DNA of 64,000 bases from a virus (IMGVR_UViG_3300029554_000003:77064-141063), one strand, 5' to 3'. Shown: positions 41,590-50,033, counted from the stretch's first letter. Notes: generated by a model not told the origin, from the sequence alone. A program made the numbers and translations.

Positions 41590-42521
41590 TATTCAGATTC
41601 CTTCATCATCGCACGGCCTAAATCGGTGATAACACGACCACGTGGCTGTTTTTGAATATAACGCTTGGATAACAGATAAGGCTCAATCTTCGTCTGTACA
41701 GTATCTTTATCCATACCAAGAGTAAGACAAATTGTATCCACACCTACAGCACGCGTATTGCTGTTAAGGAAATTCATATAATCCATATCATCTTGATTAA
41801 GACCAAACTTATTAATTCCCATCACATATAGGGCTTCATCAACAATTTCAGGATTGATTACACCATCATTCATAACCAATGCAAAATCATATACACGGGC
41901 TACATAAGAGTTGGCATTGCGTGGAATACCGCGAGTAGTTGCCGCAATCTTATAGACACTCTCTTCATCAATCTTGATTTTCTTCTCTTGACAAATCTTC
42001 TCTACAATAGATGCCATATCAGCTTTAGAGTATGCGGCCAATTTAATTTGAATAGGAAAACGGTTCAAAAGCGCATCATTAAGACCACCATAAAGATTAG
42101 TTGCGGCAATAAGAGTAAAATGCGGCAAGCTCACCCTTGTCGCCACTCCGTCCACTACAACATCTGCTTGGAACTGCTCCATTGCAAAATATAGAGACTC
42201 TTGCAATCTTTGGCTAATTCTATGAATTTCGTCGATGAAAAGTACGTCATTGTCTTTAAGATTAAGAAGAATCTCGTCAATTACCTTCTTATCATTAATC
42301 GCAGGGCCAGAGAAAGCCTTAAACCCGTAGCCAAGCTCGTGCGCGATTACATTAGCTGTCGCTGTTTTCCCGCACCCAGACTGGCCTGTAATAATCGTAT
42401 GCGGGAAAGACTCCTTCTTAATCTGCGCTGCTTTAATATAGATTTGCAACATCTTTTGGACTTTTGGCTGTCCTTTCAAATCTTCAATCTTACAAGGACG
42501 GAAACCGAACTCAGAAGCCAT
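41589..42521 (-). CDS. RuvB-like AAA+ ATPase (Holliday-junction helicase homologue)
   Basis: Likely start is MASEFGFRP at 42521. Walker A GQSGCGKT. Walker B VLFIDEIHR. Sensor and arginine-finger region …FTLIAATNLYGGLNDALLNRF… Overall collinear with RuvB. Confidence 0.6.
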   Translation of the reverse strand: MASEFGFRPCKIEDLKGQPKVQKMLQIYIKAAQIKKESFPHTIITGQSGCGKTATANVIAHELGYGFKAFSGPAINDKKVIDEILLNLKDNDVLFIDEIHRISQRLQESLYFAMEQFQADVVVDGVATRVSLPHFTLIAATNLYGGLNDALLNRFPIQIKLAAYSKADMASIVEKICQEKKIKIDEESVYKIAATTRGIPRNANSYVARVYDFALVMNDGVINPEIVDEALYVMGINKFGLNQDDMDYMNFLNSNTRAVGVDTICLTLGMDKDTVQTKIEPYLLSKRYIQKQPRGRVITDLGRAMMKESE

Positions 42522-42614
42522 ATAAAATCCTTTCTGCTTCATTTCTTAAATATATTATATCATTTTATATGGCTTACTACAAGAAAAAAAATAGGGCTAT
42601 TTCTAGCCCTACCA

Positions 42615-42914
42615 TTAGTACTTAGGAATTCGTCCATTAAACTTGCGTTCGCCGCATTTGGTAAATTTATCGCAATCTAAGTAAGAACATACAAAGTTAT
42701 CTTCTTCATCGAAGATACCGTTATCACTATGGAATACATATACATCGTGCGGCTTCTCATACTCTTCCCAAGCGTCCATATTGTAGGCAATATCATGTGC
42801 GAGGAAAAGTGCAATATTTGCATCACTATCTAGAATAGGAATTACCTTCATTCCACGATAGGAATCAACACCATCTTCAAACCAGTCCATCATAACAAAA
42901 AACATATTTACCAC
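42615..42914 (-). CDS. hypothetical protein
   Basis: 99 aa ORF. Confidence 0.35.
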   Translation of the reverse strand: MVNMFFVMMDWFEDGVDSYRGMKVIPILDSDANIALFLAHDIAYNMDAWEEYEKPHDVYVFHSDNGIFDEEDNFVCSYLDCDKFTKCGERKFNGRIPKY

Positions 42915-43249
42915 TCCACTACTAAAACAAAATGACCGTTACAAGGTGTCACGTAACAATTATAACCTAAACTATGATAATACACAACAATACTGCGGCG
43001 AAATTCTACATCCTGCGCTCGTTCATCACCACAGGGGAAAAGCTCGACCTTACAACGGAACTTCATACGCTCTGCCGCAGCAATAATCTCTTCATTGATT
43101 TTATCTTCTAACTCTTGTGGAATGTCATAATCATACTTATAAAGAGTATCATAGACCATCGTGCGGGCATCATTAGCAATCATAAAATACCTTTCTAAAT
43201 CATCGCGCGACAAGTTACAACTGGGCGACCTTGCCAATCGCGCATACAA
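42908..43249 (-). CDS. hypothetical protein
   Basis: 113 aa ORF. Confidence 0.35.
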   Translation of the reverse strand: MYARLARSPSCNLSRDDLERYFMIANDARTMVYDTLYKYDYDIPQELEDKINEEIIAAAERMKFRCKVELFPCGDERAQDVEFRRSIVVYYHSLGYNCYVTPCNGHFVLVVEW

Positions 43250-43388
43250 TCTCTATTAAACCAAGTATCACAAGGGCGATACTTAGGCTCAAACCAAGGA
43301 CAATTAGGACAAGAAGCACGCAATGGTGCGATACTGCCCGTCTGCCGCATCCATGCGCGGCATACATCTCCATGAGCACATGCGGCCA

Positions 43389-43700
43389 TTATTCATGCTC
43401 CTTACGATAACGCACAGCATCTGCCGCAGTCGCTAGGAAATATTCATGCTCATGGCCCGGCCAGTTGTACTCAACGAATACGCCCATTGTACGCAGAATT
43501 GACTGTGCGCCACGTAGCTTAGCTTCATATCGCTCACGAGTATCAGAGAAGACCTTCAACTCGTCCTCAGATTTGCTTTTCGTAGACGAGCCGATAATGC
43601 TGCGCTCAATGTCTTTCGTGGTATTGAACCAACTCAGCACGCTTGCCTGCTTCTCCTTTGTTAGATAATCATAATTATCTGGATAATCAAATGTACACAT
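43389..43700 (-). CDS. hypothetical protein
   Basis: 103 aa ORF. Confidence 0.35.
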   Translation of the reverse strand: MCTFDYPDNYDYLTKEKQASVLSWFNTTKDIERSIIGSSTKSKSEDELKVFSDTRERYEAKLRGAQSILRTMGVFVEYNWPGHEHEYFLATAADAVRYRKEHE

Positions 43701-43702
43701 AT

Positions 43703-43918
43703 CTACTCTTTCATCACTGTAATTGTAGACTCACTACCGAGTCTATGTCCTATAGTTGCATTATACCCAAGTTTCTGCAAGATTATACATATATCTTCAC
43801 ATTCTTTTTGCGGCATTTCATATACGCAATATTCAAAGCCAATAGGTGAGTCAGATGCTTCTTGCTCTTGGATAATATCTAAGATGCGTTTGAGGTCATA
43901 TATGGTATCTTTTTCCAT
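43703..43918 (-). CDS. hypothetical protein
   Basis: 71 aa ORF. Confidence 0.3.
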   Translation of the reverse strand: MEKDTIYDLKRILDIIQEQEASDSPIGFEYCVYEMPQKECEDICIILQKLGYNATIGHRLGSESTITVMKE

Positions 43919-43935
43919 AATTATAAATCCACTAT

Positions 43936-44325
43936 CTAGCTATTGTCTCTCTTTCTCAAGTTACGGATACGGTTTTCAATATCCTTAATTACTTTCATAG
44001 AACAGACACGTACTCCTGTTCCCTTACCGTAGGCAGAGCAACTATTACAGGTTCCGTACTCACTGAAATACATACAAGTATTGCTTTTTTTGATACACCT
44101 GTTTAAGTCCTCCTCCAATTTTTCCCAATTATCTGGCTTATTAAGATAGAGAAAGGTAGAGTCGGTAATTAGCGAATTGGTTTCAATTTCCCATTTGTCT
44201 TTCCTTTTATCATATGTAAAGCTGAGCACTTCCTGCTTTTTACCGTCATATTTGTATAGATACTCGGTATCTAATGGAATCTCATGACCTTCGGCATCTT
44301 TTGGTAATGTAATCTGAGTTGTCAT
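43936..44325 (-). CDS. Cys-rich hypothetical protein
   Basis: 129 aa containing …CMYFSEYGTCNSCSAYGKGTGVRVCS…. Confidence 0.35.
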   Translation of the reverse strand: MTTQITLPKDAEGHEIPLDTEYLYKYDGKKQEVLSFTYDKRKDKWEIETNSLITDSTFLYLNKPDNWEKLEEDLNRCIKKSNTCMYFSEYGTCNSCSAYGKGTGVRVCSMKVIKDIENRIRNLRKRDNS

Positions 44326-44336
44326 TTAGTCTCCTT

Positions 44337-44816
44337 CTATACAATCATATAATCGTCTACAAGACCCTTGGCCTTAGCACGAGCAGGCATGTAACGTCCA
44401 GCCCACATGCGCTTAATAACATCCTCGGGTACACGCTCAACACCACTACGCTTAGCATTCTGCGGCAAAGCAATGTCAAGACCACGGTTGAAGTACACAA
44501 GGATAACCTTATCGGCGTTCTTGCCGCAATTCTCGACAGTCTTACGAAGCGACTTCCAAGAGATGTGAGTAGCATCTGCAATTACGTTAATATCATTACA
44601 GAGGTTGTCATTAATCTGATTATAGAAGTCCTTGATAACGTCCTTCTCGTATTTAAAATAATCCATAGAAGGAAGGAAATCAGGGTCGTTTGCCATATAC
44701 TCAAAGCGGATATAATCGCGCGAAACAATCTCGGCATCAAGCTCGGCGTAATGCTCGTGCGCCCAAAACGACTTGCCGCAGCCAGGAATTCCTGCTAAAA
44801 TATAAAGGTTAGCCAT
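44337..44816 (-). CDS. P-loop polynucleotide-kinase-like protein (AAA_33/Pnk-like)
   Basis: N-terminal LYILAGIPGCGKS Walker A. About 160 aa. Size and motif resemble the kinase domain of T4 Pnk and related zeta-toxin-like kinases. Confidence 0.5.
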   Translation of the reverse strand: MANLYILAGIPGCGKSFWAHEHYAELDAEIVSRDYIRFEYMANDPDFLPSMDYFKYEKDVIKDFYNQINDNLCNDINVIADATHISWKSLRKTVENCGKNADKVILVYFNRGLDIALPQNAKRSGVERVPEDVIKRMWAGRYMPARAKAKGLVDDYMIV

Positions 44817-45283
44817 ATTTATCTCCTTCTTTTGGCTTAATGTCTAATCGTAAAGTCGATGTGCTTTTCTTGCTTTATCATATTCCTGCTTTGGATTATA
44901 TTCATCTTGACATTCATGCGTTAAATGCCAAGATTTACATACCTTACATTTATACGGGCGAAGAACTTTAGAACTATTAATAAATATAGTCTTTGCCGCG
45001 CACAATGCATCATATCGACAGGAATACTTTCTCTTTGATTTACAAGTATCTATGTTTTATACCTTACATGAACAAAGTGACTACAAAGAAAACTTTTATC
45101 ATACAATTTTGTAGTATCTTCAATCATAGGACGTGTATCGTTATAATATCCACAATCCACATTGCTGCAATGTTCTTTGATTCTGTTTTGACACACAGTA
45201 CAAATAAAAGTAGACATTGTATATTCTTTCTCTTGGTCTTTCTTTAAATCTATTATATCATTTTAAATTGCCGTCTGTCAATA

Positions 45284-45321
45284 AAAAAAATAGGGTAACT
45301 TCTTTTATAGAAGTTACCCTA
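45284..45321 (-). terminator. intrinsic terminator ending the structured-RNA transcript
   Basis: Reverse-strand GGGTAACTTCT-ataaa-AGAAGTTACCC followed by TTTTTTTT. Confidence 0.6.
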
Positions 45322-45810
45322 CATAATGTGTGGAGGAAGTGACTGGTGACGCTCCAGATTCCCTGTTAAGGAACACATCGCTTTCGAGGCGAGTCCGAAC
45401 GCTGGTTCGATTCCACTTCCTTATGGCGGCTAACCGAAGTGCTGCCCTCCATTCCCTCTCGGGAACGCACCGCTTTCTAGGCGGGCCTAGTCGCTGGACT
45501 AGTTGATTAGCCAAAGCAGGATGCGTATTCACGGCGCATCCAGAGGGTCTGTTTTTACGGTGTTTCAGCTCACCTATTACTCCGTGAAAGCACTCGCTTA
45601 TCTCCTAGCAAGAAGGCTCGCTATTCTCTCGAATAGCTATGCGGTGTTGCCTATTCTACCGCAAAAGCTGTTTTCGGCACAGCTTCAAAGCCACCGCCAA
45701 TAGGGGCGTGAATGTATGGCGGGGCAACTGGAATACGATTCCAATACTTGAATCACAAGTACGTTCTGATTAGCAGTCAGACCTAACTCCCCGTTAGTTG
45801 TCTGCCCCAT
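45322..45810 (-). ncRNA. GC-rich hairpin-dense non-coding transcript (~490 nt), function unknown
   Basis: Over 50% GC in a 35% GC background. The ORFs on the track here (45314..45532-, 45503..45703+) are short and lack RBSs. A promoter-like sequence lies at ~45812-45838 on the reverse strand, and the terminator is at 45284-45321. More than eight perfect local hairpins of 5-7 bp. Confidence 0.4.
45717..45808 (-). tRNA. tRNA-Ser(GCU)-like, class II, with encoded CCA (non-canonical T-loop)
   Basis: Hand fold on the reverse strand. Acceptor GGGGCAG/TTGCCCC. D-arm CTAAC-GGGGA-GTTAG. Anticodon arm TCTGA-CUGCUAA-TCAGA. Long variable hairpin GTACTTG…CAAGTAT. T-arm TTGGA-ATCGTAT-TCCAG. Ends G-CCA. 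The T-loop departs from the T54/A58 consensus. Confidence 0.45.
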
Positions 45811-45985
45811 ATAAACAGCATCAGACCTCTCTCTGTCAAGTTTCGCTATAAAGAAGCGCTGCGAGTTATCATTATTCTGTATCTAATGCTGTTTTAAACA
45901 GGTAGGAGCGGCGTAAGAGATTCTAACTCTCACCAAAGGCTTGGAAGGCCTGTATGCTAACATTACACCAACGCCGCATATAAGG

Positions 45986-46059
45986 TGACAGTGATTAGAT
46001 TTGAACTAATGACCTCACGGGTATGAGCCGTGCGCTCTAACCATCTAAGCTACACTGCC
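45986..46059 (-). tRNA. tRNA-Met/Ile2 (CAU)
   Basis: GGCAGTG…GCTTAGATGGTTAGAGC…CACGG-CUCAUAC-CCGTG…CATTAGTTCAAATCTAATG-like T-arm…CACTGTC-A. Confidence 0.7.
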
Positions 46060-46073
46060 AAATAAACTAAAGG

Positions 46074-46146
46074 TGGGCCGTCAGGGGGTCGAACCCTGGA
46101 CCTTGGGATTAAGAGTCCCCTGCTCTACCAACTGAGCTAACGACCC
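46074..46146 (-). tRNA. tRNA-Lys (CUU)
   Basis: GGGTCGT TA GCTCAGTTGGTAGAGC A GGGGA-CUCUUAA-TCCCA AGGTC CAGGG-TTCGACC-CCCTG ACGGCCC A. One G·A at 27-43. Confidence 0.65.
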
Positions 46147-46154
46147 ATATAAGG

Positions 46155-46227
46155 TGTCCACGGGTAGAATTGAACTACCGACACGCAGATTTTCAGTCTA
46201 CTGCTCTACCTACTGAGCTACATGGAC
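46155..46227 (-). tRNA. tRNA-Phe (GAA)
   Basis: GTCCATG TA GCTCAGTAGGTAGAGC A GTAGA-CUGAAAA-TCTGC GTGTC GGTAG-TTCAATT-CTACC CGTGGAC A. Confidence 0.7.
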
Positions 46228-46231
46228 ATAT

Positions 46232-46306
46232 TGGCTTCTCTATTATGACTCGAACATAAACTAACGGAACCAAAATCCGTTGTGCTGCCAATTACACCAT
46301 AGAGAA
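46232..46306 (-). tRNA. tRNA-Gln (UUG) with encoded CCA
   Basis: U1:A72 acceptor TTCTCTA/TAGAGAA. Anticodon arm ACGGA-UUUUGGU-TCCGT. T-arm TTATG-TTCGAGT-CATAA. Then G-CCA. Confidence 0.65.
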
Positions 46307-46313
46307 ATTTTAG

Positions 46314-46385
46314 CGTGCCAGAGAAGATTCGAACTTCTATCTCGAGAGCGTCACCTCGCAATTTTGCCAGTTAAACTACTAACAC
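46314..46385 (-). tRNA. tRNA-like gene with non-canonical anticodon loop (6 or 8 nt)
   Basis: Perfect acceptor GTGTTAG/CTGGCAC (with G·U pairs). U8A9. D-arm GTTT-AACTGGCA-AAAT. Perfect T-arm AGAAG-TTCGAAT-CTTCT. Total length 72 nt. The anticodon helix CGAG(G)/(T)CTCG encloses GTGACGCT, so no 7-nt loop is possible. Anticodon undetermined. Confidence 0.45.
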
Positions 46386-46597
46386 ACTACTCACTAGTGG
46401 TAATTTTAAGGATAATTACGAACCTTTTAGTCTAAAGCTAGCTAGGCTTTAGAAGTTTGAAAATATAGGATTAAGCTATTTCCTATATTTTTCTATATAA
46501 CTAGTCGAACGTAAGAGCCGTATTTAACCAATTAAACTACCTCGCGTGATAAACGCGAAGGTTGGAGTCGAACCCACATCTGCTCTATGCTCGATTT

Positions 46598-46640
46598 GTT
46601 AACTATATTATATAAAATTATTTGGCGTTTGTCAAATTAA
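46598..46640 (-). promoter_or_regulatory. tRNA cluster 1 promoter (TTGACA-N17-TATAAT, near-identical to the one at 52325-52365)
   Basis: Reverse strand: TTGACAAACGCCAAATAATTTTATATAATATAG. The leader begins ACAAATCGAGC…GTGGGTTCGACTCCAAC… Overlaps the 3' end of the GIY-YIG gene. Confidence 0.6.
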
Positions 46641-46644
46641 TTTT

Positions 46645-47280
46645 TTAAATAAATTTCCAGTGTTTTTGATATGCAATTGTATTTGCTTTAGCTGCACTTC
46701 TAATATGCACAGTAATTCCACATATCTTTTTGGCTTGAGTATATTTATTCTCTTTTAAATATTTAGCCGCTTCTGTTATGGAATTAAAAATGATATTATC
46801 CGGTAGCATTAAAATTCTTTTACTATATTTTTGACGAACTAAATCTTGACTACTAAGAATAGAAACATTGCATTCTTCACAAGCTATTTTAACAGTTGAA
46901 ACATCACAACCGAAATATTGTGCTGTTTTCTTTTGATTTTGTAATTTTAAATACATATTAGCAATTTCTTGGTAATCGTAATATTTTTTACTATCGCCAC
47001 CTTTTGTAGCATTATATCCAGTATGACCATATGTGTTTAATTTAGCAATCCAATATTCTTCTCTTTTTGAAGAGTCTTCGGCAGAACATTCTTCTAATTG
47101 CTCAACATGAAAATGCTCAACGCCATATTTATTCATAGCAGAATACAGAGGACGTTTTTCACATCTTTCTTTTTTGCTATCTACAATATGCTCTCTAAAT
47201 CTTCTTTCGAGTGAAAAGTTGGTTTTGCCAACATATTGTTTTCCGTTAACATCATTTGTAATTACATAGATAAAAGCCAT
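46645..47280 (-). CDS. GIY-YIG homing endonuclease
   Basis: N-terminal IYVITNDVNGKQYVGKT…R…EH (GIY…YIG…R…E/H class). C-terminal DNA-binding region. Paralogue of 52591..53232. Sits at a tRNA cluster, as SegB does in T4. Confidence 0.65.
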   Translation of the reverse strand: MAFIYVITNDVNGKQYVGKTNFSLERRFREHIVDSKKERCEKRPLYSAMNKYGVEHFHVEQLEECSAEDSSKREEYWIAKLNTYGHTGYNATKGGDSKKYYDYQEIANMYLKLQNQKKTAQYFGCDVSTVKIACEECNVSILSSQDLVRQKYSKRILMLPDNIIFNSITEAAKYLKENKYTQAKKICGITVHIRSAAKANTIAYQKHWKFI

Positions 47281-47433
47281 ACAGTCCTCAATCCTACCTC
47301 AATAATAATATTGAGTAAGCAGGCGTTGAGGTTTATTCGCTTTTCCTTATGGTAGCTACTCCAATAAGTAGCTTACTCAATTATACAATATAAAAATCGT
47401 GTTATAGCGATTATATGATTTAGACCAAGATAG

Positions 47434-47524
47434 TGCAAGATTTTGGACTCGAACCAAAAATTTTCGCTAATCTGGCGATAATACAGTTTATAAGTCTGCT
47501 GTTTTACCATTAAACTAATCTTGC
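47434..47524 (-). tRNA. class-II-like tRNA embedded in a 17-bp extended stem; anticodon loop CUUAUAA (UAU?)
   Basis: Acceptor GCAAGAT/ATCTTGC. U8A9. D-arm GTTT-AATGGTA-AAAC. Anticodon arm GCAGA-CUUAUAA-ACTGT (A31·A39). Long variable hairpin TCGC-CAGATTA-GCGA. T-arm TTTGG-TTCGAGT-CCAAA. Flanked by the perfect 17-bp inverted repeat GACCAAGATAGTGCAAG/CTTGCACTATCTTGGTC. Confidence 0.5.
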
Positions 47525-47563
47525 ACTATCTTGGTCTTTATAAACTATAATCCAAAGTTTACA

Positions 47564-47637
47564 TGGACGATATTAAATTTGAACTAATGACCTCTTACGT
47601 ATCAATCAGCGCTCTAGCCAAACTGAGCTAACCGTCC
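47564..47637 (-). tRNA. tRNA-like paralogue of the CAU tRNA with disrupted anticodon stem (possible pseudogene)
   Basis: Acceptor GGACGGT/ATCGTCC. D-arm GCTC-AGTTTGGCTA-GAGC. T-arm ATTAG-TTCAAAT-TTAAT, nearly identical to 45986..46059. The anticodon region CTGATTGATACGTAAGA cannot form a 5-bp stem. Confidence 0.35.
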
Positions 47638-47681
47638 ATGCAATCTTTAGAATATAAATCTAATAAGTAACTGCTTTTAAA

Positions 47682-48587
47682 CTATTGGTGAGACTTTAGC
47701 CACTTCTGAACATACCAAAGCTGGCCGCACCCACCACCAATATCATCTTGACCAGCTGGGTCAAATGTCCTTACATTATAACCCTTTTTTAAGAACTTAT
47801 TCTGAAACTTCTTAATAACACTTAAGTTCCTAAACGCCGCGTCTTTCATGGTTTCATCAGATGCGCAAACTACACTAAAAGTAAAATTAAAGATTACAGG
47901 AGAAAACAGGTCTGTAAGTTCTTTAAAATTCTTATCTTCATTATTCGTTCCATCAATGCAGTAATTTAAGAACGGATGCCTACCTGTCTCTTTCCACCAG
48001 ATAGTTCCAGCATCCCTAATCTTTTGAAGATTCATCTTATTCTTAAATGGAATTAATACATTTCTCTCTGTATCATTGGACTTATGAATAGAAAATTGCA
48101 AACCAATTTTATCTATCTTCTTAGATAGAGCAATCATCTTTGCAAAAGTTTCATCATTATCGCATCCAATAGTCGAAAGTAGTAACTGAGCATTACTAAA
48201 CTGTTGATGAAGATTGATAATTGCTTTTTCAACTTCTGTCCAATTTAACATAGGCTCGCCCATGCTCATAAACATAAACTGTAACTTTTTACACTTTTCG
48301 TTAATGTCATTAATTAAACCTTTATCAGTTAAAACGGTTACAATCTGGTCTACAATTTCATCAGCAGTAAGATTCCTAACAAACTTAGACCCCGTGCCGC
48401 AAAAGCGACATCCAACAGGACAACCGCTCATAACACTACAACAAATTACAGTTCTATCATAGTAACTATTATATTTATATAGAACTGCTTCAGCGACCAT
48501 ATCTTTTTTTGTAAAGACATACTTCCATACATCGCCAGAATTTCCTTCAAAAGTCTTAAAATTCATAACAGCACTTTCATTTAGCAA
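47682..48587 (-). CDS. RlmN/Cfr-family radical-SAM RNA methyltransferase
   Basis: CCSVMSGCPVGCRFCGTG matches the CxxxCxxC cluster of the family. MSMGEPMLN matches MGMGEPLLN. LLSTIG matches TLSTSG. FSIHKSND matches ISLHAPND. C-terminal GQDDIGGGCGQLW matches GDDIDAACGQLAG. At 301 aa it is shorter than bacterial RlmN at the N-terminus. Confidence 0.65.
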   Translation of the reverse strand: MLNESAVMNFKTFEGNSGDVWKYVFTKKDMVAEAVLYKYNSYYDRTVICCSVMSGCPVGCRFCGTGSKFVRNLTADEIVDQIVTVLTDKGLINDINEKCKKLQFMFMSMGEPMLNWTEVEKAIINLHQQFSNAQLLLSTIGCDNDETFAKMIALSKKIDKIGLQFSIHKSNDTERNVLIPFKNKMNLQKIRDAGTIWWKETGRHPFLNYCIDGTNNEDKNFKELTDLFSPVIFNFTFSVVCASDETMKDAAFRNLSVIKKFQNKFLKKGYNVRTFDPAGQDDIGGGCGQLWYVQKWLKSHQ

Positions 48588-48817
48588 TCTTCGTCAAAAT
48601 AATAGTCTTCTAGCATAGCGGGAATGCCGTCAAGCAGCTCATTCTCGCCAAGAGTCTCTAAAGCAACATCAACCAAGTCGGCATCGTACATATCATAAAG
48701 CAGATCAAGATATGCGTCACGGTCAGATTTACTAATCTCCATTGTATTCCTCTTCGTCATACTCTCCATCATTGCATATCCAATCATTAACGCATACCTT
48801 GTCAGGTTCGTCATCAA
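48581..48817 (-). CDS. hypothetical acidic small protein
   Basis: 78 aa, after the conserved promoter copy at 48900-48960. Confidence 0.35.
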   Translation of the reverse strand: MMTNLTRYALMIGYAMMESMTKRNTMEISKSDRDAYLDLLYDMYDADLVDVALETLGENELLDGIPAMLEDYYFDEDC

Positions 48818-48974
48818 TTAAATGCTTGCGGCAAATTCCTAGATACCAAAGGTCTGTAGACTCATAATATTTGCAATTACCGCATATATTAGTCGCTTCA
48901 ACCATTATTTCTTCTTTCTCTTGGTTTCTTTAACTATATTATAGCATATCTTTTAACCAAAAGTCAAGAAAAAA

Positions 48975-49346
48975 TTAGGCATAAAATTCGTTGAAATTAT
49001 TAAGCCAATCCAAGAGAGCTAAAGATGTAAGTGGCGCCATGTTCCATAACTGCTCAGCACAATAAGTGCTAGTATGAGAAGGATTCTTTTCCATAGCATT
49101 TACAACAAGGTCATGGAAAACAGCACGGTCAACCTTTTTAAGTTCATCTACAATCTTCTCAATATCTTTCTGCTGACTAAGGTACACAATGAAATCAAGA
49201 ATCATAGCAGTCATTTTATTAAGGTGCATACTACACATTTCACTCATATTTCGACTCCAATTTAGGATGAATTGCCCATTCACCGCACCTGTCCCCACTT
49301 TGGGGAGAAGGATGTACAGTATAAACATTATAATCTGTTGGGTCAA
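48975..49346 (-). CDS. hypothetical protein
   Basis: 123 aa ORF. Confidence 0.35.
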   Translation of the reverse strand: MTQQIIMFILYILLPKVGTGAVNGQFILNWSRNMSEMCSMHLNKMTAMILDFIVYLSQQKDIEKIVDELKKVDRAVFHDLVVNAMEKNPSHTSTYCAEQLWNMAPLTSLALLDWLNNFNEFYA

Positions 49347-49438
49347 TAATTACATTTGGAGGAAAACGATAGCAACTGCAATTTTTGTAAAATCTGCAAT
49401 TGCCGCAGATACGCTGGACCTTATGCTTGACTTCCATT

Positions 49439-49975
49439 TTACTCTCCAAGCTCAATCTTCTTCTGCTGAACATCGAGCCAAATATCATGAATATTAACAG
49501 GAGTAAGATTATTCGTGTCAACACCTACATGATACGTCCAATCAACAAGACCCTTGGGAGCCGCATCATGGACATGACCGTACAGAATAACATTGGCGCT
49601 GTCTCCACACATTTCCTCGGGACGCTCGTGAATCATAATGAAACTGACATCGTTGTAATCAAGGCAAGATACCTTGTTTTCGATAATCCAGCCGAGCTTT
49701 TCCATTTCAGCAATGCGCTTCTTGGTATCGTGATTGCCGGGAATCACATGAATCTTTCCATTAAGACGAGAACCGTATTTAGCTACAGTCTCAAGCGGTC
49801 CCATGAAACAATCACCAAGATGGTAGACAGTATCATCAGGAGATACAACGGAATTCCACTTCTCAACGATGTGTTCGTTCATATCCTCGACATTATTAAA
49901 AGCACGCGACTGCTCACAATAGGTAATAATATTCTTGTGAGAAAAGTGAGTGTCGCTTACTACAAAGATGCTCAT
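49439..49975 (-). CDS. calcineurin-like metallophosphoesterase
   Basis: Likely start is MSIFVVSDTHFSH at 49975 (GGAGA RBS). Has the D-x-H, GD, GNHD and GH…H signature motifs. Confidence 0.65.
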   Translation of the reverse strand: MSIFVVSDTHFSHKNIITYCEQSRAFNNVEDMNEHIVEKWNSVVSPDDTVYHLGDCFMGPLETVAKYGSRLNGKIHVIPGNHDTKKRIAEMEKLGWIIENKVSCLDYNDVSFIMIHERPEEMCGDSANVILYGHVHDAAPKGLVDWTYHVGVDTNNLTPVNIHDIWLDVQQKKIELGE

Positions 49976-50033
49976 TGAATCTCCTTTCGATTTCTTAAAT
50001 ATATTATAACATAATATATAGCCAATAGTCAAC
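49976..50033 (-). promoter_or_regulatory. conserved promoter + leader copy
   Basis: Reverse strand TTGACT-N18-TATAAT, immediately after the terminator at 50034-50066. Confidence 0.55.

Noticed and set aside
45336-45428. Plus-strand tRNA-like sequence containing GGTTCGATTCC
   Set aside because: A 7-bp acceptor (GGAAGTG/CACTTCC) and an anticodon-like arm exist. But the T-stem cannot pair and the variable region is odd. The segment lies inside a reverse-strand transcription unit (promoter ~45825, terminator 45284-45321). It is treated as part of the structured RNA, not a plus-strand tRNA.
45314-45703. ORFs 45314..45532(-) and 45503..45703(+) inside the GC-rich region
   Set aside because: No RBS, Arg/Ala/Pro-rich translations typical of random GC-rich sequence. 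The region is better explained as structured RNA.
46560-46597. attP-like 3' tRNA fragment implying an integration module
   Set aside because: The T-arm fragment is duplicated with its promoter at 52283-52300 and again inside repeat U3. No integrase or recombinase is present in the window. More consistent with a leader RNA element than an attachment site.
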